Assembly (NCBI RefSeq): GCF_018977255.1
Contig: NW_024704743.1
Span: 35,962,001 to 36,026,000 of the forward strand
Direction of reading: 5' to 3'
Length of the DNA: 64,000 nucleotides
Source of the DNA: Callorhinchus milii
Taxonomy: Eukaryota
Under the pieces are notes generated by a model. The model had not been told where the DNA came from and did no database searches. It worked only from the letters and a program-made list of their open reading frames with translations. A program made the position numbers and the translations under genes. Shown here piece after piece: positions 63,745 through 64,000 of the stretch (position 1 is its first letter; every line of letters starts with the position of its first letter).

Positions 63745-64000
63745 ATGTTTCGTCCTTCAAATGAGACATCAAACTGAGATCTCATCCTGAAGTTCAGGCG
63801 GAGGTTAAAAATCCATGGCACTATTTGAAAACAGAAACAAATTCCTCCAAAGTGTCCTGGCCATTCATCTCACTGTGGTTCATGGGACCAATTTGTGTGG
63901 AACCCCCACCTCCCTGCATTTGCCTACCATTGAGTCACCACATTTGACATAGTTTACTGTGGACCACTTCGAAATACTTCTTTGTGACAAAGTATTATTA
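63745..64000 (+). mobile_element. Degenerate Deu SINE
   Basis: atgagacatcaaactgag..caggcggaggttaaaaatccatggcactatttgaa. Confidence 0.65.

Noticed and set aside
1..64000. CRISPR arrays, operons or other prokaryotic systems
   Set aside because: The sequence is vertebrate nuclear DNA; the recurring motifs are dispersed SINE/LINE tails, not regularly spaced repeats.

Overview
Vertebrate nuclear DNA. The repeat families suggest a cartilaginous fish, probably a holocephalan (inference). The only host coding sequence I can support is the last exon of ACAD11 (240-354, +). The remaining ~63 kb is intergenic and dense with retroelements: at least two L2 LINE subfamilies ending in (TTG)n, a young tRNA-headed SINE ending in (TTA)n, older SacSINE1-like Deu-domain SINEs, a third ancient SINE-like family and CR1 3' ends. 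Most ORFs in the track are L2/SINE/CR1 read-throughs or chance ORFs. Most interesting: (1) an ~810 bp insertion at 48508-49318, flanked by an exact 14-bp TSD, with a U2 snRNA head, a Tx1-like 3' body and an A-rich tail (SINEU/Keno-like chimera); (2) a fossil R4/Dong/Rex6-type retrotransposon with a restriction-like endonuclease (27900-28850); (3) an L2 subfamily whose ORF2 frame runs through its 3' recognition hairpin; (4) several MITEs defined by TIRs and/or TSDs; (5) a CR1-Zenon-like RT relic; (6) a G-poor, mtDNA-like stretch. All family assignments are by eye. Repeat boundaries are approximate unless a TSD or TIR fixes them.
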